A stretch of 59,299 bases of DNA from Mycobacteriales bacterium (GCA_038236005.1 JBBSTI010000001.1:1-59299); one strand, 5' to 3'. Positions 9,674 through 20,267 are shown, counted from the first letter of the stretch. Made by a program: numbers and translations. The notes: generated by a model from the letters alone, not told the origin.

Positions 9674-10207
9674 TCAGGGGGCGGTGAGGCTGAAGAGGCC
9701 GCCGGTGACCTGGGAGCCCACCTGGAGGCCGTGGCGGTAGCGCACGGTGATCCCGTCGATCACCACCTTTCCGGGTCGTCGCGGGGTCACCTCGAGCAGC
9801 AGCTGGGCTTCGTGCAGGTCTGCCGGCAGGGTGGACCCGGCGGTGGGGAGCAGCTCCCGGCAGGCGTCCTCGGCCCGCGCGTAGAAACTGCCGACCACCT
9901 CTTTCGGGCGCCCGCAGAGCACGAGCCGCACGTCCGCGGCTGCGGTGTTCGTAGTCACCCGGGGTGAGACGCCCCGCAGCCGAAGGTTGTCCTGGTTGTC
10001 GGGGAAGACGCCGAGGAGAAAGGGCTTTCCGATCTCCGCAGACGGCAGGGAGACCTCCCCCAGCTCGCTCAGCTCGGTGGGATGGGCAACCCACCACGCG
10101 GCTCCTGCGAGGAGCACCACGACGAGCCCTCCGACGATCACCGCAACCTGTCGCCGGACGCCCCGAGATGAGCTGCGCGTCTCCGACGCGGCTTGCGAGA
10201 GGCTCAT
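9674..10207 (-). CDS. Hypothetical membrane-anchored protein
   Basis: One N-terminal TM (VAVIVGGLVVVLLAGAAWWVA) followed by an extracytoplasmic domain. No recognisable family. Confidence 0.5.
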   Translation of the reverse strand: MSLSQAASETRSSSRGVRRQVAVIVGGLVVVLLAGAAWWVAHPTELSELGEVSLPSAEIGKPFLLGVFPDNQDNLRLRGVSPRVTTNTAAADVRLVLCGRPKEVVGSFYARAEDACRELLPTAGSTLPADLHEAQLLLEVTPRRPGKVVIDGITVRYRHGLQVGSQVTGGLFSLTAP

Positions 10208-10282
10208 GCCGAGATCGTGACACAAAGATCTCTGCCAGAGCCCTGGGGTCTCGCTGGCGTGCCCGAGAAAACGGATGCTTGA

Positions 10283-10356
10283 TGGAGCGGGCGACGAGAA
10301 TCGAACTCGCGTTCTCAGCTTGGGAAGCTGATGTTCTGCCGCTGAACTACGCCCGC
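10283..10356 (-). tRNA. tRNA-Gly (anticodon CCC), encoded CCA
   Basis: The reverse complement folds as a cloverleaf: acceptor GCGGGCG, D arm GTTC..GAAC, anticodon stem TCAGC/GCTGA with loop TTCCCAA, T loop TTCGATT, then CCA. Confidence 0.95.
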
Positions 10357-10517
10357 GTGTGCTGGTTCCGCACTCTACCGGTCCTCCGCGCCACTCCTGC
10401 CTGTGGACCCGTGCCGTCTGGGCTGGAGGTCCCTCAGGCGTGCCGGCTGTCTTCGGCGGGTCGACGGGCAGGGGTGGCGGGGGTTGTGCTCCCGAGCGTC
10501 CGGGTGCCTTGATGATA

Positions 10518-10550
10518 GCCGCTTGTTGCGAGTAGGTCGCAACAAGCGGC
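10518..10550. promoter_or_regulatory. 13-bp perfect hairpin/palindrome (GCCGCTTGTTGCG-agtaggt-CGCAACAAGCGGC)
   Basis: Lies between the divergent tRNA-Gly and dcd, 56 nt upstream of the dcd ATG. Function unknown. Confidence 0.5.
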
Positions 10551-10605
10551 CGGTGGGTCGTGAGAACAGCCCCGGCTGATCGGTCACGCCCGATAGCCTG
10601 CCCGG

Positions 10606-11190
10606 ATGCTGCTCTCGGACCGGGATCTCAAGGCCGCGCTCGCCTCGGGGCGTCTGGGGATCTCACCCTACGACGAGGCAATGATCCAGCCGAGCAGCAT
10701 CGATGTGCGGCTCGACCGCTACTTCCGGGTGTTCGCCAACCACCGCTACACGCACATCGATCCAGCCGCGGAGCAGGACGACCTGACCGAGCTGATCGAG
10801 CCGGACGGGGACGAGCCGTTCATCCTGCACCCGGGCGAGTTCGTGCTCGGGTCCACGCTAGAGGTCATCTCGCTGGGCGCCGATCTGGCATCGAGGCTGG
10901 AAGGGAAGAGCTCGCTCGGCCGTCTTGGGCTCTTGACGCACTCGACCGCCGGGTTCATCGACCCCGGGTTCAGCGGCCACGTCACGCTCGAGCTGAGCAA
11001 CATGGCCAACCTGCCGATCAAGCTCTATCCGGGGATGAAGATCGGCCAGATCTGCGTGCAGCAGCTCACCAGCCCGGCCGAGCACCCCTACGGCAGCAGC
11101 CTGTACGGCTCGCGCTACCAGGACCAGCGCGGCCCGACGCCGTCGCGCTCGCACCTGCGGTTCAGCCGCGCCGACACCAGGCCCTCGTGA
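10606..11190 (+). CDS. dcd: dCTP deaminase
   Basis: MLLSDRDL.. N-terminus, [11 protein letters not shown], and the [15 protein letters not shown] motif typical of Dcd. Confidence 0.95.
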   Translation: MLLSDRDLKAALASGRLGISPYDEAMIQPSSIDVRLDRYFRVFANHRYTHIDPAAEQDDLTELIEPDGDEPFILHPGEFVLGSTLEVISLGADLASRLEGKSSLGRLGLLTHSTAGFIDPGFSGHVTLELSNMANLPIKLYPGMKIGQICVQQLTSPAEHPYGSSLYGSRYQDQRGPTPSRSHLRFSRADTRPS

Positions 11191-11259
11191 TCATGTGCGC
11201 TGAGCCGCTCGGGACCGCCCGGCGCTCATGACCACGAACGAGCGGGGTAGGCGTATGGC

Positions 11260-12243
11260 ATGACACTCCCCACCCGCCAGCTCGGCTCGCTCTCCGTCAG
11301 TGCCCAAGGTCTGGGCTGCATGGGGATGAGCGCGTTCTACGGCGCCCACGACGACACCGAGTCGCTCGCGACCCTGCACCGCGCGCTCGATCTCGGCGTG
11401 ACGCTGTTCGACACCGCCGACATGTACGGGCCCTACACGAATGAGGTCCTGCTCTCCCAGGTGCTCGCCGAGCGGCGCGACGACATGGTGATCGCGAGCA
11501 AGTTCGCGATCCGGCTGCACGAGGACGGCAGCCGCAGCATCGACGGCACCCCGGAGTACGTGCGCCAGGCCTGCGACGCCTCGCTGAAGCGTCTCGGGAT
11601 CGACACCATCGACCTCTACTACCAGCACCGGGTGGATCCTCGCACGCCGATCGAGGAGACCGTCGGCGCGATGGCCGAGCTGGTCCAGGCCGGGAAGGTC
11701 CGGCACCTGGGGCTGTCCGAGGCCGGCGCCGACACGCTCCGGCGGGCGTCGGCGGTGCACCCGATCGCCGCACTGCAGAGCGAGTGGTCGCTGTGGAGCC
11801 GCGACATCGAGGCCGAGATCGTGCCGACCGCTCGCGAGCTGGGGATCGGGATCGTGCCTTACTCCCCGCTCGGACGCGGCTTTTTGACCGGCCGGATCAC
11901 CTCGCCCGACGACCTGGCCGACGACGACTTCCGCAAGGCCAACCCGCGCTTCGCGGCCGACGCCTTCGAGGCCAACATGGCGGTCGTACGCGCCGTGCAG
12001 CAGATCGCGGCCGACAAGGGCGTGACCGCGGCCCAGCTGGCTCTGGCCTGGGTGCAGTCCCGCGGCGAGGACGTCGTGCCGATCCCGGGCACCCGCAACG
12101 CCGGCCGGCTCGCCGAGAACCTGGGCGCCCTGGAGGTGCAGCTCACCGACGACGACCTGGCCGCCATCGCCGCTGCTGCCCCGGTCGAGGCGATCGTCGG
12201 CACCCGCTACCCCGAGGCAGCCATGCGGGGCATCGGCCTCTAG
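11260..12243 (+). CDS. Aldo/keto reductase
   Basis: [16 protein letters not shown] and the IPGTRN..L.EN C-terminal AKR signatures. Confidence 0.9.
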   Translation: MTLPTRQLGSLSVSAQGLGCMGMSAFYGAHDDTESLATLHRALDLGVTLFDTADMYGPYTNEVLLSQVLAERRDDMVIASKFAIRLHEDGSRSIDGTPEYVRQACDASLKRLGIDTIDLYYQHRVDPRTPIEETVGAMAELVQAGKVRHLGLSEAGADTLRRASAVHPIAALQSEWSLWSRDIEAEIVPTARELGIGIVPYSPLGRGFLTGRITSPDDLADDDFRKANPRFAADAFEANMAVVRAVQQIAADKGVTAAQLALAWVQSRGEDVVPIPGTRNAGRLAENLGALEVQLTDDDLAAIAAAAPVEAIVGTRYPEAAMRGIGL

Positions 12244-12305
12244 CCCGCCTGGCGTGCCGCCCGTCTTCGTTCAGCCGCCCGCCGCCCGTCTTTGAGGAGC
12301 CGCTC

Positions 12306-12435
12306 GCGATCTTCCTCGGCTGGTGGCGTGTTGACCGCTTTGCCCCTCATCTCCGGAAGATCGCCGGGCGTCCATCGGTGATCTTCCCCGTACGGGGGCT
12401 GTTCGTACTTTATGTCGGTTGTTTGAGGAAGATCA
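12306..12435. repeat. Alternating GATCTTCC / GGAAGATC arms (72-bp period) forming nested hairpins
   Basis: gatcttcc at 12308 and 12380; ggaagatc at 12355 and 12427. The region sits between convergent AKR and MFS genes. Confidence 0.7.
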
Positions 12436-12494
12436 GCCGGTTAAGGGCTCGGTGGGAGGTGCGGGCGGCACGGGACAGGTGGCCGGCACGGCCG

Positions 12495-14048
12495 TCAGTC
12501 CTGGGAGACGAAGTCTTTCTCCCGGATCAGGAAGAACGCCGACACCGCGCACAGGAACGCCCCGACCGCGCCCAGCAGCAGGATGCGGTCGAGGCCGTCG
12601 GCGAAGGCCGTGCGGGCCAGGGTGGCGACCGTGTCCCGCAGCTCAGGGGGCAACGAGGCGAGCAGCGGTGCCACGCCACCGGCCTGGACGGCTGCGGTGA
12701 TCTCGGGGCCGCGTGCGGCGAGGTCGGGGATCCCGGCGACCCCGGTGGTGACGGTGTCCGCGACCCGGGCGCCCAGCAGGCTCCCGAGCAGCGCGATCCC
12801 GGTGGCGATGCCGACCTGGCGGAAGGTCGAGCTGATGCCGGCGGCCATCCCTGCCCGCTCCGGCGGCACGACGCCGACCGCGGTCGAGGCGAGCGGCGGG
12901 TTGATCAGGCCTGCGCCGACGCCCGCGACGACCAGGCCCGGGATCAGGTGCGTCCAGGTGGTGTCCGCGTCCAGCCCGCGCATCAGCAGCAGCCCGACGC
13001 CGATCAGCGCAAGCCCGGGGCCGATCAGCAGCCGGACGGGCACGTGCGAGGAGAGTCGGCCGGCGGCGACGGACGCGACGAGGATGCCGCCGGACAAGAT
13101 CACCAGCCGCAGCCCGGTGCCCAAGGCGCTGAAGCCCAGGACGTTCTGCAGGTAGAGCGTGACGTAGAGCAGCATCGCGTACAGCGTGGAGCTCAGCCCG
13201 AACCCACCGATCGCCCCGCCGCTGAAGGTGGGCTTGAGAAACAGCGTGAGGTCGAACATCGGGTGCCGGCCGCGCAGCTCCACCACGACGAACAGCCCGA
13301 GCAGCAGGGCCGCCGCGACCAGGCAGCCGAGTACCAGGGGGTGGGTGAAGCTCTGCTGGTTGGACTCGATGAGCCCGAAGACCAGCAGCGCGAGGGCCGT
13401 GCTGAACACGACGAAGCCCAGCCAGTCGGGCCGGCGGGCCGACGGCGCCCTGGACTCGACCACCCTGGTCACCGTCAGGAACGCGGCGACCAGCCCGATC
13501 GGCAGGTTGATGAAGAAGATCCACCGCCAGGAGAGCCCGGAGACGAGCAGGCCACCTAGCACCGGGCCCAGCGCGATCGCGAGACCGGTGACGGCGCCCC
13601 AGATGCCGAATGCGGCGCCGCGGTCCTTTCCGCGAAAGGCGCTGGCGAGCAGCGCCAACGAGACGCTGAACATGACGGCGCCGCCGACGGCCTGCAGGCT
13701 CCGGGACAGCTGCAACATCAAGGTGCTGGTGGCGAACCCGCAGAGCAGGGAGGCGGCGGTGAACAGCCCGAGCCCGATCACGTAGAGCCGCCGCCGCCCG
13801 TAGAGGTCCGCAAGGCTCCCAGCGGTGAGCAGCAGAGCGGCCAGGGTCAGGGCGTACGCGTCGATGATCCACTGCAGCCCGGCAAAGCTCGAACCGAGGT
13901 CTTTCTGGATGTCGGGCAGCGCGACGTTGATGATCGACACGTCGAGCAGCAGCATGAAAGTGCCGAGGCAGACCGCGACGAGGGTCCACCACCTGCCCGC
14001 AGACCCGCTCGCGGCCTGGATCGGCCCAGGATCCCGGGTCTGCGTCAT
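12495..14048 (-). CDS. MFS drug:H+ antiporter (DHA2/EmrB-QacA type, 14 TM)
   Basis: LDVSIINVALP, the GSLADLYGRRR motif, and length/TM pattern typical of DHA2. Confidence 0.9.
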   Translation of the reverse strand: MTQTRDPGPIQAASGSAGRWWTLVAVCLGTFMLLLDVSIINVALPDIQKDLGSSFAGLQWIIDAYALTLAALLLTAGSLADLYGRRRLYVIGLGLFTAASLLCGFATSTLMLQLSRSLQAVGGAVMFSVSLALLASAFRGKDRGAAFGIWGAVTGLAIALGPVLGGLLVSGLSWRWIFFINLPIGLVAAFLTVTRVVESRAPSARRPDWLGFVVFSTALALLVFGLIESNQQSFTHPLVLGCLVAAALLLGLFVVVELRGRHPMFDLTLFLKPTFSGGAIGGFGLSSTLYAMLLYVTLYLQNVLGFSALGTGLRLVILSGGILVASVAAGRLSSHVPVRLLIGPGLALIGVGLLLMRGLDADTTWTHLIPGLVVAGVGAGLINPPLASTAVGVVPPERAGMAAGISSTFRQVGIATGIALLGSLLGARVADTVTTGVAGIPDLAARGPEITAAVQAGGVAPLLASLPPELRDTVATLARTAFADGLDRILLLGAVGAFLCAVSAFFLIREKDFVSQD

Positions 14049-14176
14049 GCCGCCTCCTGCCGCCGGACGGGCCTGCGCCCCGATCCTGCAACGTAACCCC
14101 CGGTGAGCGCAGGATCACCGTTGGGCCAGGGCGAGGTGGGGAATGACCAACGAGGACGTACGTCAGAAGGAGCTGC

Positions 14177-16243
14177 ATGGATCCGCGCCCTGTCCCGAGC
14201 AAGGCCTCGCGCCCGGTCACGCCGGAACGGCCCTGGAAGCGCGAGCAGGCTGAGCCGCCGCCCCCGCCACCCTGGAAGACCGAGGGGGTGCCGTCGGCCA
14301 AGAAGCCGCCGCCGAAGAAACGGCGGGTCAATCCGCTGCTGATCTTCCTGCTCGTCTTCCTGGCCTTCAACCTGGTGCTGTCCAACCGCGTCCTCGGACC
14401 GGAGACCCCGGTCACCGTCTCCTACACCTTTTTCGACGCGCAGGTGAAGGCCGACAACGTCGAGAGCATCACCAGCACCGCGGAGGAGATCGACGGGACC
14501 TTCCGCAAGGAGGTCGACTATCCGTCGGAGGCGAAGAAGGACGAGAAGCAGCAGAAGGTCACCCGGTTCATGACCCAGCGGCCGAGCTTCGCCGCCGACG
14601 ACCTGTTTGCCCAGCTGCAGAAGAACAAGGTCACGATCGACGCGGAGAACCCGAACAAGGGGGCCCCGGTCTGGCAGCAGCTGCTGGTCGGGATCCTGCC
14701 GACCCTGCTGATCTTCGGGCTGATCTTCTTCTTGATCCGTCGAGCGGCAGCTGGGATGCAGGGCGGGCTCGGCGGGCTGGGCAAGTCCAAGGCCAAGCGC
14801 TACGAGCCGGAGGGCGGGCCGCGCACGACGTTCGCCGACGTGGCCGGGATCGACGAGGTGCAGTCCGAGGTCGAGGAGATCGTGGACTTCCTGCGTAACC
14901 CGGACCGCTACCGAAAGCTCGGGGCCAGGACGCCGAAGGGGGTGCTGCTCTCCGGCCAGCCCGGCACCGGCAAGACGCTGCTCGCCCGCGCGGTCGCCGG
15001 CGAGGCTGACGTTCCGTTCTTCTCCATCGCGGCCAGCGAGTTCATCGAGATGGTGGTCGGGGTCGGGGCGAGCCGGGTGCGCGACCTGTTCGTCGAGGCC
15101 AAGAAGGTCGCCCCGTCGATCATCTTCATCGACGAGCTGGACGCGATCGGGCGGTCCCGCGGCGGTTCCGGGGGCTTCGGCGGCAACGACGAGCGGGAGC
15201 AGACGCTCAACCAGATCCTCACCGAGATGGATGGTTTCACGGGAAACGAGGACGTCATCGTGCTCGCTGCGACCAACCGGCCCGAGGTGCTGGACGCTGC
15301 GCTGCTGCGCCCCGGTCGCTTCGACCGCCGGGTCTCGGTCAGCCCGCCGGACGCGGCCGGCCGGATCGCGATCTTGAAGGTGCACGCCCGTGACGTGCCG
15401 CTCGCCGACGACGTCGACCTCGACGCGCTGGCGGCCACGACGCCCGGGATGGTCGGCGCCGACCTGCGCAACCTCATCAACGAGGGAGCGCTGACCGCCG
15501 CGCGCCGCAAGCACACCCAGGTGTCCGCCGACGACCTCGCCGATGCCCTGGAGAAGATCCAGCTCGGCGGCGTCCGCGGGATCATGCTCGACGAGGGCGA
15601 GAAGGAGCGCACGGCGGTCCACGAGTCCGGCCACGCGCTGCTCGGGATGCTCACCCCGGGCGCCGACCCGGTGCGCCGGATCTCGATCATCCCGCGCGGG
15701 ATGGCGCTGGGTGTCACGTTCCAGACCCCGGAGGTCGACCGGTACGGCTACTCCGCGGAATATCTGCGCGGTCGGATCGTCGGCGCGCTCGGCGGTCGGG
15801 CGGCGGAGGAGGTCGTCTACGGCGACATGACCACCGGCGCCGAGAGCGACCTCGAGCAGTGCACCCGGATCGCCCGCCAGATGGTCGGTCGCTGGGGGAT
15901 GTCGGACGCGATCGGCCCGGTCTCGGTGCTGCCGGCGCCCGGCTCGGAGAACCCGTTCGGCTCGGAGAACGCCTCGCCGGCCACCCAGCAGCTGGTGGAC
16001 GAGGAGGTGCGCACGCTCATCGAGGAGTGCCACGAGCAGGCGTGCAAGATCCTGCTTGAGCACCGGGGCCAGCTCGACGCGCTGTCCGCGGAGCTGTTCA
16101 AGGCCGAGACGCTGGACGAGGAGGGTGCGTACGCCGCGGCGGGCATCGCCCGTGCTCAGGCTCCGGGCGCTCGTGCTCGCGGCGAGGTGCCCGGGACGTC
16201 ACCGGCCCCCGGCATGCCTCCGGAGCCGCCCCTGACCGCCTGA
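14177..16243 (+). CDS. ftsH: ATP-dependent zinc metalloprotease FtsH
   Basis: Walker A GQPGTGKT, Walker [12 protein letters not shown] region, zinc site HESGHAL, N-terminal TM pair. Confidence 0.95.
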   Translation: MDPRPVPSKASRPVTPERPWKREQAEPPPPPPWKTEGVPSAKKPPPKKRRVNPLLIFLLVFLAFNLVLSNRVLGPETPVTVSYTFFDAQVKADNVESITSTAEEIDGTFRKEVDYPSEAKKDEKQQKVTRFMTQRPSFAADDLFAQLQKNKVTIDAENPNKGAPVWQQLLVGILPTLLIFGLIFFLIRRAAAGMQGGLGGLGKSKAKRYEPEGGPRTTFADVAGIDEVQSEVEEIVDFLRNPDRYRKLGARTPKGVLLSGQPGTGKTLLARAVAGEADVPFFSIAASEFIEMVVGVGASRVRDLFVEAKKVAPSIIFIDELDAIGRSRGGSGGFGGNDEREQTLNQILTEMDGFTGNEDVIVLAATNRPEVLDAALLRPGRFDRRVSVSPPDAAGRIAILKVHARDVPLADDVDLDALAATTPGMVGADLRNLINEGALTAARRKHTQVSADDLADALEKIQLGGVRGIMLDEGEKERTAVHESGHALLGMLTPGADPVRRISIIPRGMALGVTFQTPEVDRYGYSAEYLRGRIVGALGGRAAEEVVYGDMTTGAESDLEQCTRIARQMVGRWGMSDAIGPVSVLPAPGSENPFGSENASPATQQLVDEEVRTLIEECHEQACKILLEHRGQLDALSAELFKAETLDEEGAYAAAGIARAQAPGARARGEVPGTSPAPGMPPEPPLTA

Positions 16244-16308
16244 CCCGCCCCTGACCGCCTGACCCGCCTGCGCACGTCTCGTCCGCGGCCGGACCGCGGT
16301 ACGGCCCG

Positions 16309-16468
16309 GGTGATCTTGGCGCCGCGAGTGGCTTCAAGATCACCAGTGGTAGACGCATCACGCAAGCATTGGTGATCTTGACCTGCGGAACGGCGCCAAG
16401 ATCACCCGGGTTGAGGCGTGCTTGCGACCCCCGGTGATCTTGGACGGCAGAACGGCCTGAAGATCACC
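16309..16468. repeat. Three phased hairpins GGTGATCTTG-N16-CAAGATCACC with exact 62-bp period
   Basis: Hairpins at 16309-16344, 16371-16406 and 16433-16468. Stems are conserved and loops differ. Located in the ftsH-vapB intergenic region. Confidence 0.9.
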
Positions 16469-16570
16469 AGGGGAAGCGGCAGAACCGGGAACTGATGGGC
16501 CAGGAGACGTGAGGCGGTGGTCCGGGAGCCGGTGGTTCCCCCGACGGTGGCCGATGTGTATCCTCTACAC

Positions 16571-16774
16571 ATGTCCCGCACCAACATTGACCTGGACGAT
16601 GAAGCGGTCGCCGCCGTCATGCAGCGGTGGGGCCTGACGACCAAGCGCGACGCGGTGAACTTCGCCTTGCGCGAGCTGTCGTCTCGGATGGAGCTGGACG
16701 AGGCCCGCACGATGCGAGGCACCGGCTGGGACGGGGACCTCGACGAGATGCGTGGCGGACGCGTCGCGTCGTGA
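16571..16774 (+). CDS. vapB: Type II antitoxin, VapB (DUF2191-like)
   Basis: MSRTNIDLDDEAVAAVMQ..KRDAVNFALRE. The stop overlaps the vapC GTG (GTGA at 16771-16774). Confidence 0.8.
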   Translation: MSRTNIDLDDEAVAAVMQRWGLTTKRDAVNFALRELSSRMELDEARTMRGTGWDGDLDEMRGGRVAS

Positions 16775-17160
16775 TCCTGGCCGACACCTCGGCCTGGGTC
16801 GAGTTTCTGCGCGGGACGGGATCCGCAGTCGACCGGGAGCTCGACCGGCTGCTTGACGGGGGGCTCGCGGTCACCGAGCCGATCCTCATGGAGGTGCTGG
16901 CCGGTGCCCGCGACGACGCGCACCTGCGACAGCTGCGGGCGCTGCTCGGCCGGGCCGATCTCGTCCCTGTTCTGGGCGCCGACTACCTGCTGGCCGCTGC
17001 GCTCTACCGCGACTGCCGCCAGCACGGAGACACGGTGCGCAGGCTCATCGACTGCCTGATCGCGGCCGTGGCCGTGCGCAACGGGCTGACGCTGCTGCAC
17101 GCCGATCGGGACTTCGACGCCCTGCAGCGCTGGACGGGGTTGTCCGTTCACCGGACCTGA
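16771..17160 (+). CDS. vapC: Type II toxin VapC (PIN-domain ribonuclease)
   Basis: VILADTSAW (first acidic residue), EPILMEV, DCLIAAVA, LLHADRDF PIN signature. Confidence 0.85.
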   Translation: MILADTSAWVEFLRGTGSAVDRELDRLLDGGLAVTEPILMEVLAGARDDAHLRQLRALLGRADLVPVLGADYLLAAALYRDCRQHGDTVRRLIDCLIAAVAVRNGLTLLHADRDFDALQRWTGLSVHRT

Positions 17161-17280
17161 CGCCAACCTGGCCGGGGGGACGGGTCGACTCCCCGACGCG
17201 ACGCAGCTGATGTGGAGGCGCCCCGTACCCGCGACAAAGGACGTGGCTGGACGACGTCCGCTCGGCTGTGCTGAGCGGGA

Positions 17281-18450
17281 TCAGGCGGCGTGCGCGAGCT
17301 CCTGGGCCGCCGCCTCGCGCAGCTCCCACTTCTTCTCCGACGCCGTCTCGGGGGCGTCGTCGGAGGTGGCGGTCAGCCAAGAGTCGGGCAGCGACAGCTT
17401 GAGCATCGTGCGGATCGTCTGGGCGTACTGCACGAGGAACGGCCCGGTCGTGTAGGGGATGCCGTAACGGGTGCAGATCTCCTCGACCCGGACGGCGATC
17501 TCCTTGTAGCGGTTGGAGGGCAGGTCCGGGAACAGGTGATGCTCGATCTGGTGGTTGAGATTGCCGGCCATGAACGTCATGAGCGCGCCGCCGTGGAAGT
17601 TCGCGGAGCCGTACATCTGGCGCAGGTACCACTCGGCCGGCGTCTCGGTCTCGTACTCGGCGACCGTGAACTTCTCGGCCCCGTCCGGGAAATGACCGCA
17701 GAAGATGACCGCGTTGGACCAGAGGTTGCGTACGACGTTGGCGGTGAAGTTGGCGGTGAGCGTCGAGACGAAGGCCGGGCCGGTCAGGGCCGGGAACAGC
17801 ACATAGTCCTTGAGCACCTGCTTGCGGATCTTGCGGCCCATCTGACCGAGCTGCTCCTTGGCCCGGGCCTTGGTCTTTCGGCCCTTCTTGACGGCGGAGA
17901 CGTCGATGTCGTGGAACGCGATGCCGTACTCGAACAGCAGCGCCAGCAGGGCGTAGATCGCCGGCTGCGCGAGGTTTTTGGGCTGCCACTTGTAGTCACG
18001 GGTGATGCGCAGCAGGCCGTAGCCGACGTCGCGATCCTTGCCCACGATGTTGGTCCAGGTGTGGTGCACGACGTTGTGGCTGTGCTTCCAGCTCTCCGAG
18101 CTGGCGACCATGTCCCACTCCCAGGTGGAGGAGTGCACCTCCGGGTCGTTCATCCAGTCCCACTGGCCGTGGATGACGTTGTGGCCGAGTTCCATGTTCT
18201 CGATGATCTTAGAGAGCGACAGCATCGCCGTGCCGGCCCCCCAGGCCCGCGGGAAGAACGAGGCGGACAGGGGCGCGCGGGCGGCGACAGACAGGCCGCG
18301 CTGCAGCTTGATGACCTTGCGGATGTAGGCCTCGTCGGCCGCGCCGCGAGAGTTCTCGATGTCTTTGCGGATCTCGTCGAGCTCCCGGCCGAGGGACTCG
18401 ACCTGCTCGGTGCTCAGGTGGGCGTATTCCTTGATGTCGCTGATCGCCAC
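17281..18450 (-). CDS. Membrane acyl-CoA/fatty-acid desaturase (DesA3-like)
   Basis: Three His boxes: HNVIHG, HSHNVVHH, HQIEHH. Confidence 0.9.
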   Translation of the reverse strand: MAISDIKEYAHLSTEQVESLGRELDEIRKDIENSRGAADEAYIRKVIKLQRGLSVAARAPLSASFFPRAWGAGTAMLSLSKIIENMELGHNVIHGQWDWMNDPEVHSSTWEWDMVASSESWKHSHNVVHHTWTNIVGKDRDVGYGLLRITRDYKWQPKNLAQPAIYALLALLFEYGIAFHDIDVSAVKKGRKTKARAKEQLGQMGRKIRKQVLKDYVLFPALTGPAFVSTLTANFTANVVRNLWSNAVIFCGHFPDGAEKFTVAEYETETPAEWYLRQMYGSANFHGGALMTFMAGNLNHQIEHHLFPDLPSNRYKEIAVRVEEICTRYGIPYTTGPFLVQYAQTIRTMLKLSLPDSWLTATSDDAPETASEKKWELREAAAQELAHAA

Positions 18451-18461
18451 GATAGGGCTCC

Positions 18462-19535
18462 TTAGATGTCGAGGACGCAGTCGCCGGCGGCGGCTGAGAT
18501 GCAGGTCTGGATGCGATCACCGGCGTGGTGCTCGGTGCCGCTGCGCAGGTCGCGCGTCGTGCCGGCTTTCAGGGGAAGCACGCAGGACTGGCAGATGCCC
18601 ATCCGGCAGCCGAACGGCATGACGACCCCGGCGGCCTCGCCGGCCAGCAGCAGGGTCGTGGCCCCGTCGACCTGGGTGGTCTTTCCCGTACGGGCAAAGC
18701 TCACCTCGCCGCCCTCACCGCCCGAGCCGGTCAGGTTGATCGAGAAGCGCTCGGTGTGCAGGGCGTCGGGGATGCCGGCGTCGGCCCAGACCTTCTCGGC
18801 GGCGTCGAGCAGGGGAGCGGGCCCGCAGGCCCAGGTCTGCCGCTCGGTCCAGTCCGGGACGAGGTCGGCCAGGTCCGCGAGGTCCAGCATCCCCATCGCG
18901 TCGGTGAGCTGTTCGTGCAGGTGCAGCCCGGGATGCGTCGCGGCGAGCGTGTGCAGCTCGTCGCGGAACAGCACATCTTTGGCGGCCGGGGCGGAATGGA
19001 CGAGCTGCACGTCCGGCATCTGGTCCCGGCGGGCCAGCGTGCGCAGCATGGACATCACCGGGGTCAGCCCGGAACCGGCGGTGAGGAACAGAACCTTCGC
19101 CGGCGGCGGGTCGGGGAGCACGAAGTCGCCCTGCGGAGCGGCCAGGCGCACGATCGTGCCGGGCTCGAGCCCGTTGACCAGGTGGCCGGACAGGAAGCCT
19201 TCCGGCATCGCCTTGATCGTGATCTCGATCGTCTTCCCGCGACCTGCCGCTCGGGCGGTGGGCGTGCTGGTCAGGCTGTAGGACCGCCAGTGCCATCGGC
19301 CGTCCTTCTTCGCCCCGATCCCGATGTATTGCCCGGCCTGATAGCTGCCCTGCCAGCCCCACCCGGGCTGGATCACCAGGGTTGCGGCGGTCTCGGTCTC
19401 GCGACGAACGCTGACGATCTTGCCGCGCAGCTCGCGCGCGCTCCACAGCGGATTGACCAGGTGGAGGTAGTCGTCGGGCAGCAGCGGGTGCGTGAGCCGG
19501 CTGGCGGCCTTGCGCAGGGTGCTGACGACGGGCAT
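18462..19535 (-). CDS. Ferredoxin-NAD(P) reductase-type oxidoreductase with C-terminal 2Fe-2S domain (desaturase electron donor)
   Basis: FAD/NAD-binding FNR fold ([17 protein letters not shown]) and a C-terminal [10 protein letters not shown] cluster. ATG 19535 chosen. Sits immediately upstream of the desaturase. Confidence 0.9.
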   Translation of the reverse strand: MPVVSTLRKAASRLTHPLLPDDYLHLVNPLWSARELRGKIVSVRRETETAATLVIQPGWGWQGSYQAGQYIGIGAKKDGRWHWRSYSLTSTPTARAAGRGKTIEITIKAMPEGFLSGHLVNGLEPGTIVRLAAPQGDFVLPDPPPAKVLFLTAGSGLTPVMSMLRTLARRDQMPDVQLVHSAPAAKDVLFRDELHTLAATHPGLHLHEQLTDAMGMLDLADLADLVPDWTERQTWACGPAPLLDAAEKVWADAGIPDALHTERFSINLTGSGGEGGEVSFARTGKTTQVDGATTLLLAGEAAGVVMPFGCRMGICQSCVLPLKAGTTRDLRSGTEHHAGDRIQTCISAAAGDCVLDI

Positions 19536-19615
19536 GGGATGAGCATGCCCCGCTAGTCGGCTCCGGTCATCGCGCTGACAGGTACGCATCTTGCGAGGTT
19601 CTTTGTTGCCGGACC

Positions 19616-19993
19616 TCAATCCCAAAGCGTCGGTACGTCGTACGCCCGCACCAGAGGGTCGCGGCTGACCAGCACACAGCCCTCGACCCGGGCCTGGGCG
19701 ACCAGGATCCGGTCGAAGGGGTCCTTGTGCAGGTCCGGCAGCTCCTCGACGGCGACCGCATGCTCCACCGAGACGTCCAAGGGCTGCATCCTGAGGTCGA
19801 GCAGAACCTGACGAGTCACGGGTGGGAAGATGAGTCCGCCGCGTCGACGCTTGATGCTGACCTCCCAGGCCGAAGCGGAGGACACGATGATCGTGTTGGC
19901 AGGGTCGGTGATGGCCGCCGCAGCCGAGCCCGACAGACGTCGCGGTTCGATGGCTGACCAGATCAGCGCGTGCGTATCGAGCAGCAGCTTCAT
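19616..19993 (-). CDS. vapC: PIN-domain toxin (VapC family)
   Basis: [33 protein letters not shown] motifs. Confidence 0.85.
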   Translation of the reverse strand: MKLLLDTHALIWSAIEPRRLSGSAAAAITDPANTIIVSSASAWEVSIKRRRGGLIFPPVTRQVLLDLRMQPLDVSVEHAVAVEELPDLHKDPFDRILVAQARVEGCVLVSRDPLVRAYDVPTLWD

Positions 19994-20012
19994 CCGGTAG
20001 TCACGACGAACG

Positions 20013-20267
20013 TCACCACAGGGGTGCCTCGGCGGACTCCTCGAACTCGGGCAGAGGGTCGTCGAAGTCGTCCCCGATCCAGACCGGCCGCCCGACCTCG
20101 TCGGTCTTGATCGTTCCTAGGACCCGCGGGGTGGGGTCGTGCGCCACCGCGGTGAGCACGACCTCCGGCACGCCTCGACGGCCGATCGCGATCGTCTCGC
20201 CGTCCAGGACCCGCTGCACCAGGCGGCTGAGGGTCGCCTTGGCCTCGGTGACGGTGACCGTCTCCAT
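20013..20267 (-). CDS. Phd/YefM-type antitoxin
   Basis: VTVTEAKATLSRLVQRV..GETIAIGRRG. Lies 19 nt upstream of the PIN toxin. Confidence 0.85.
   Translation of the reverse strand: METVTVTEAKATLSRLVQRVLDGETIAIGRRGVPEVVLTAVAHDPTPRVLGTIKTDEVGRPVWIGDDFDDPLPEFEESAEAPLW

Noticed and set aside
9674-10600. Genomic island or integration at tRNA-Gly
   Set aside because: No integrase, no direct repeat of the tRNA 3' end, and the flanking genes (dcd, oxidoreductase) are core genes.
16309-16468. Possible CRISPR array (36-bp units with 26-bp spacers, 62-bp period)
   Set aside because: Only three units are present. The units are hairpins with conserved stems but non-identical loops. The spacers are partly complementary to each other. 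No cas genes are in the window, and related palindromes occur singly elsewhere. It fits a REP-like repeat, not CRISPR.
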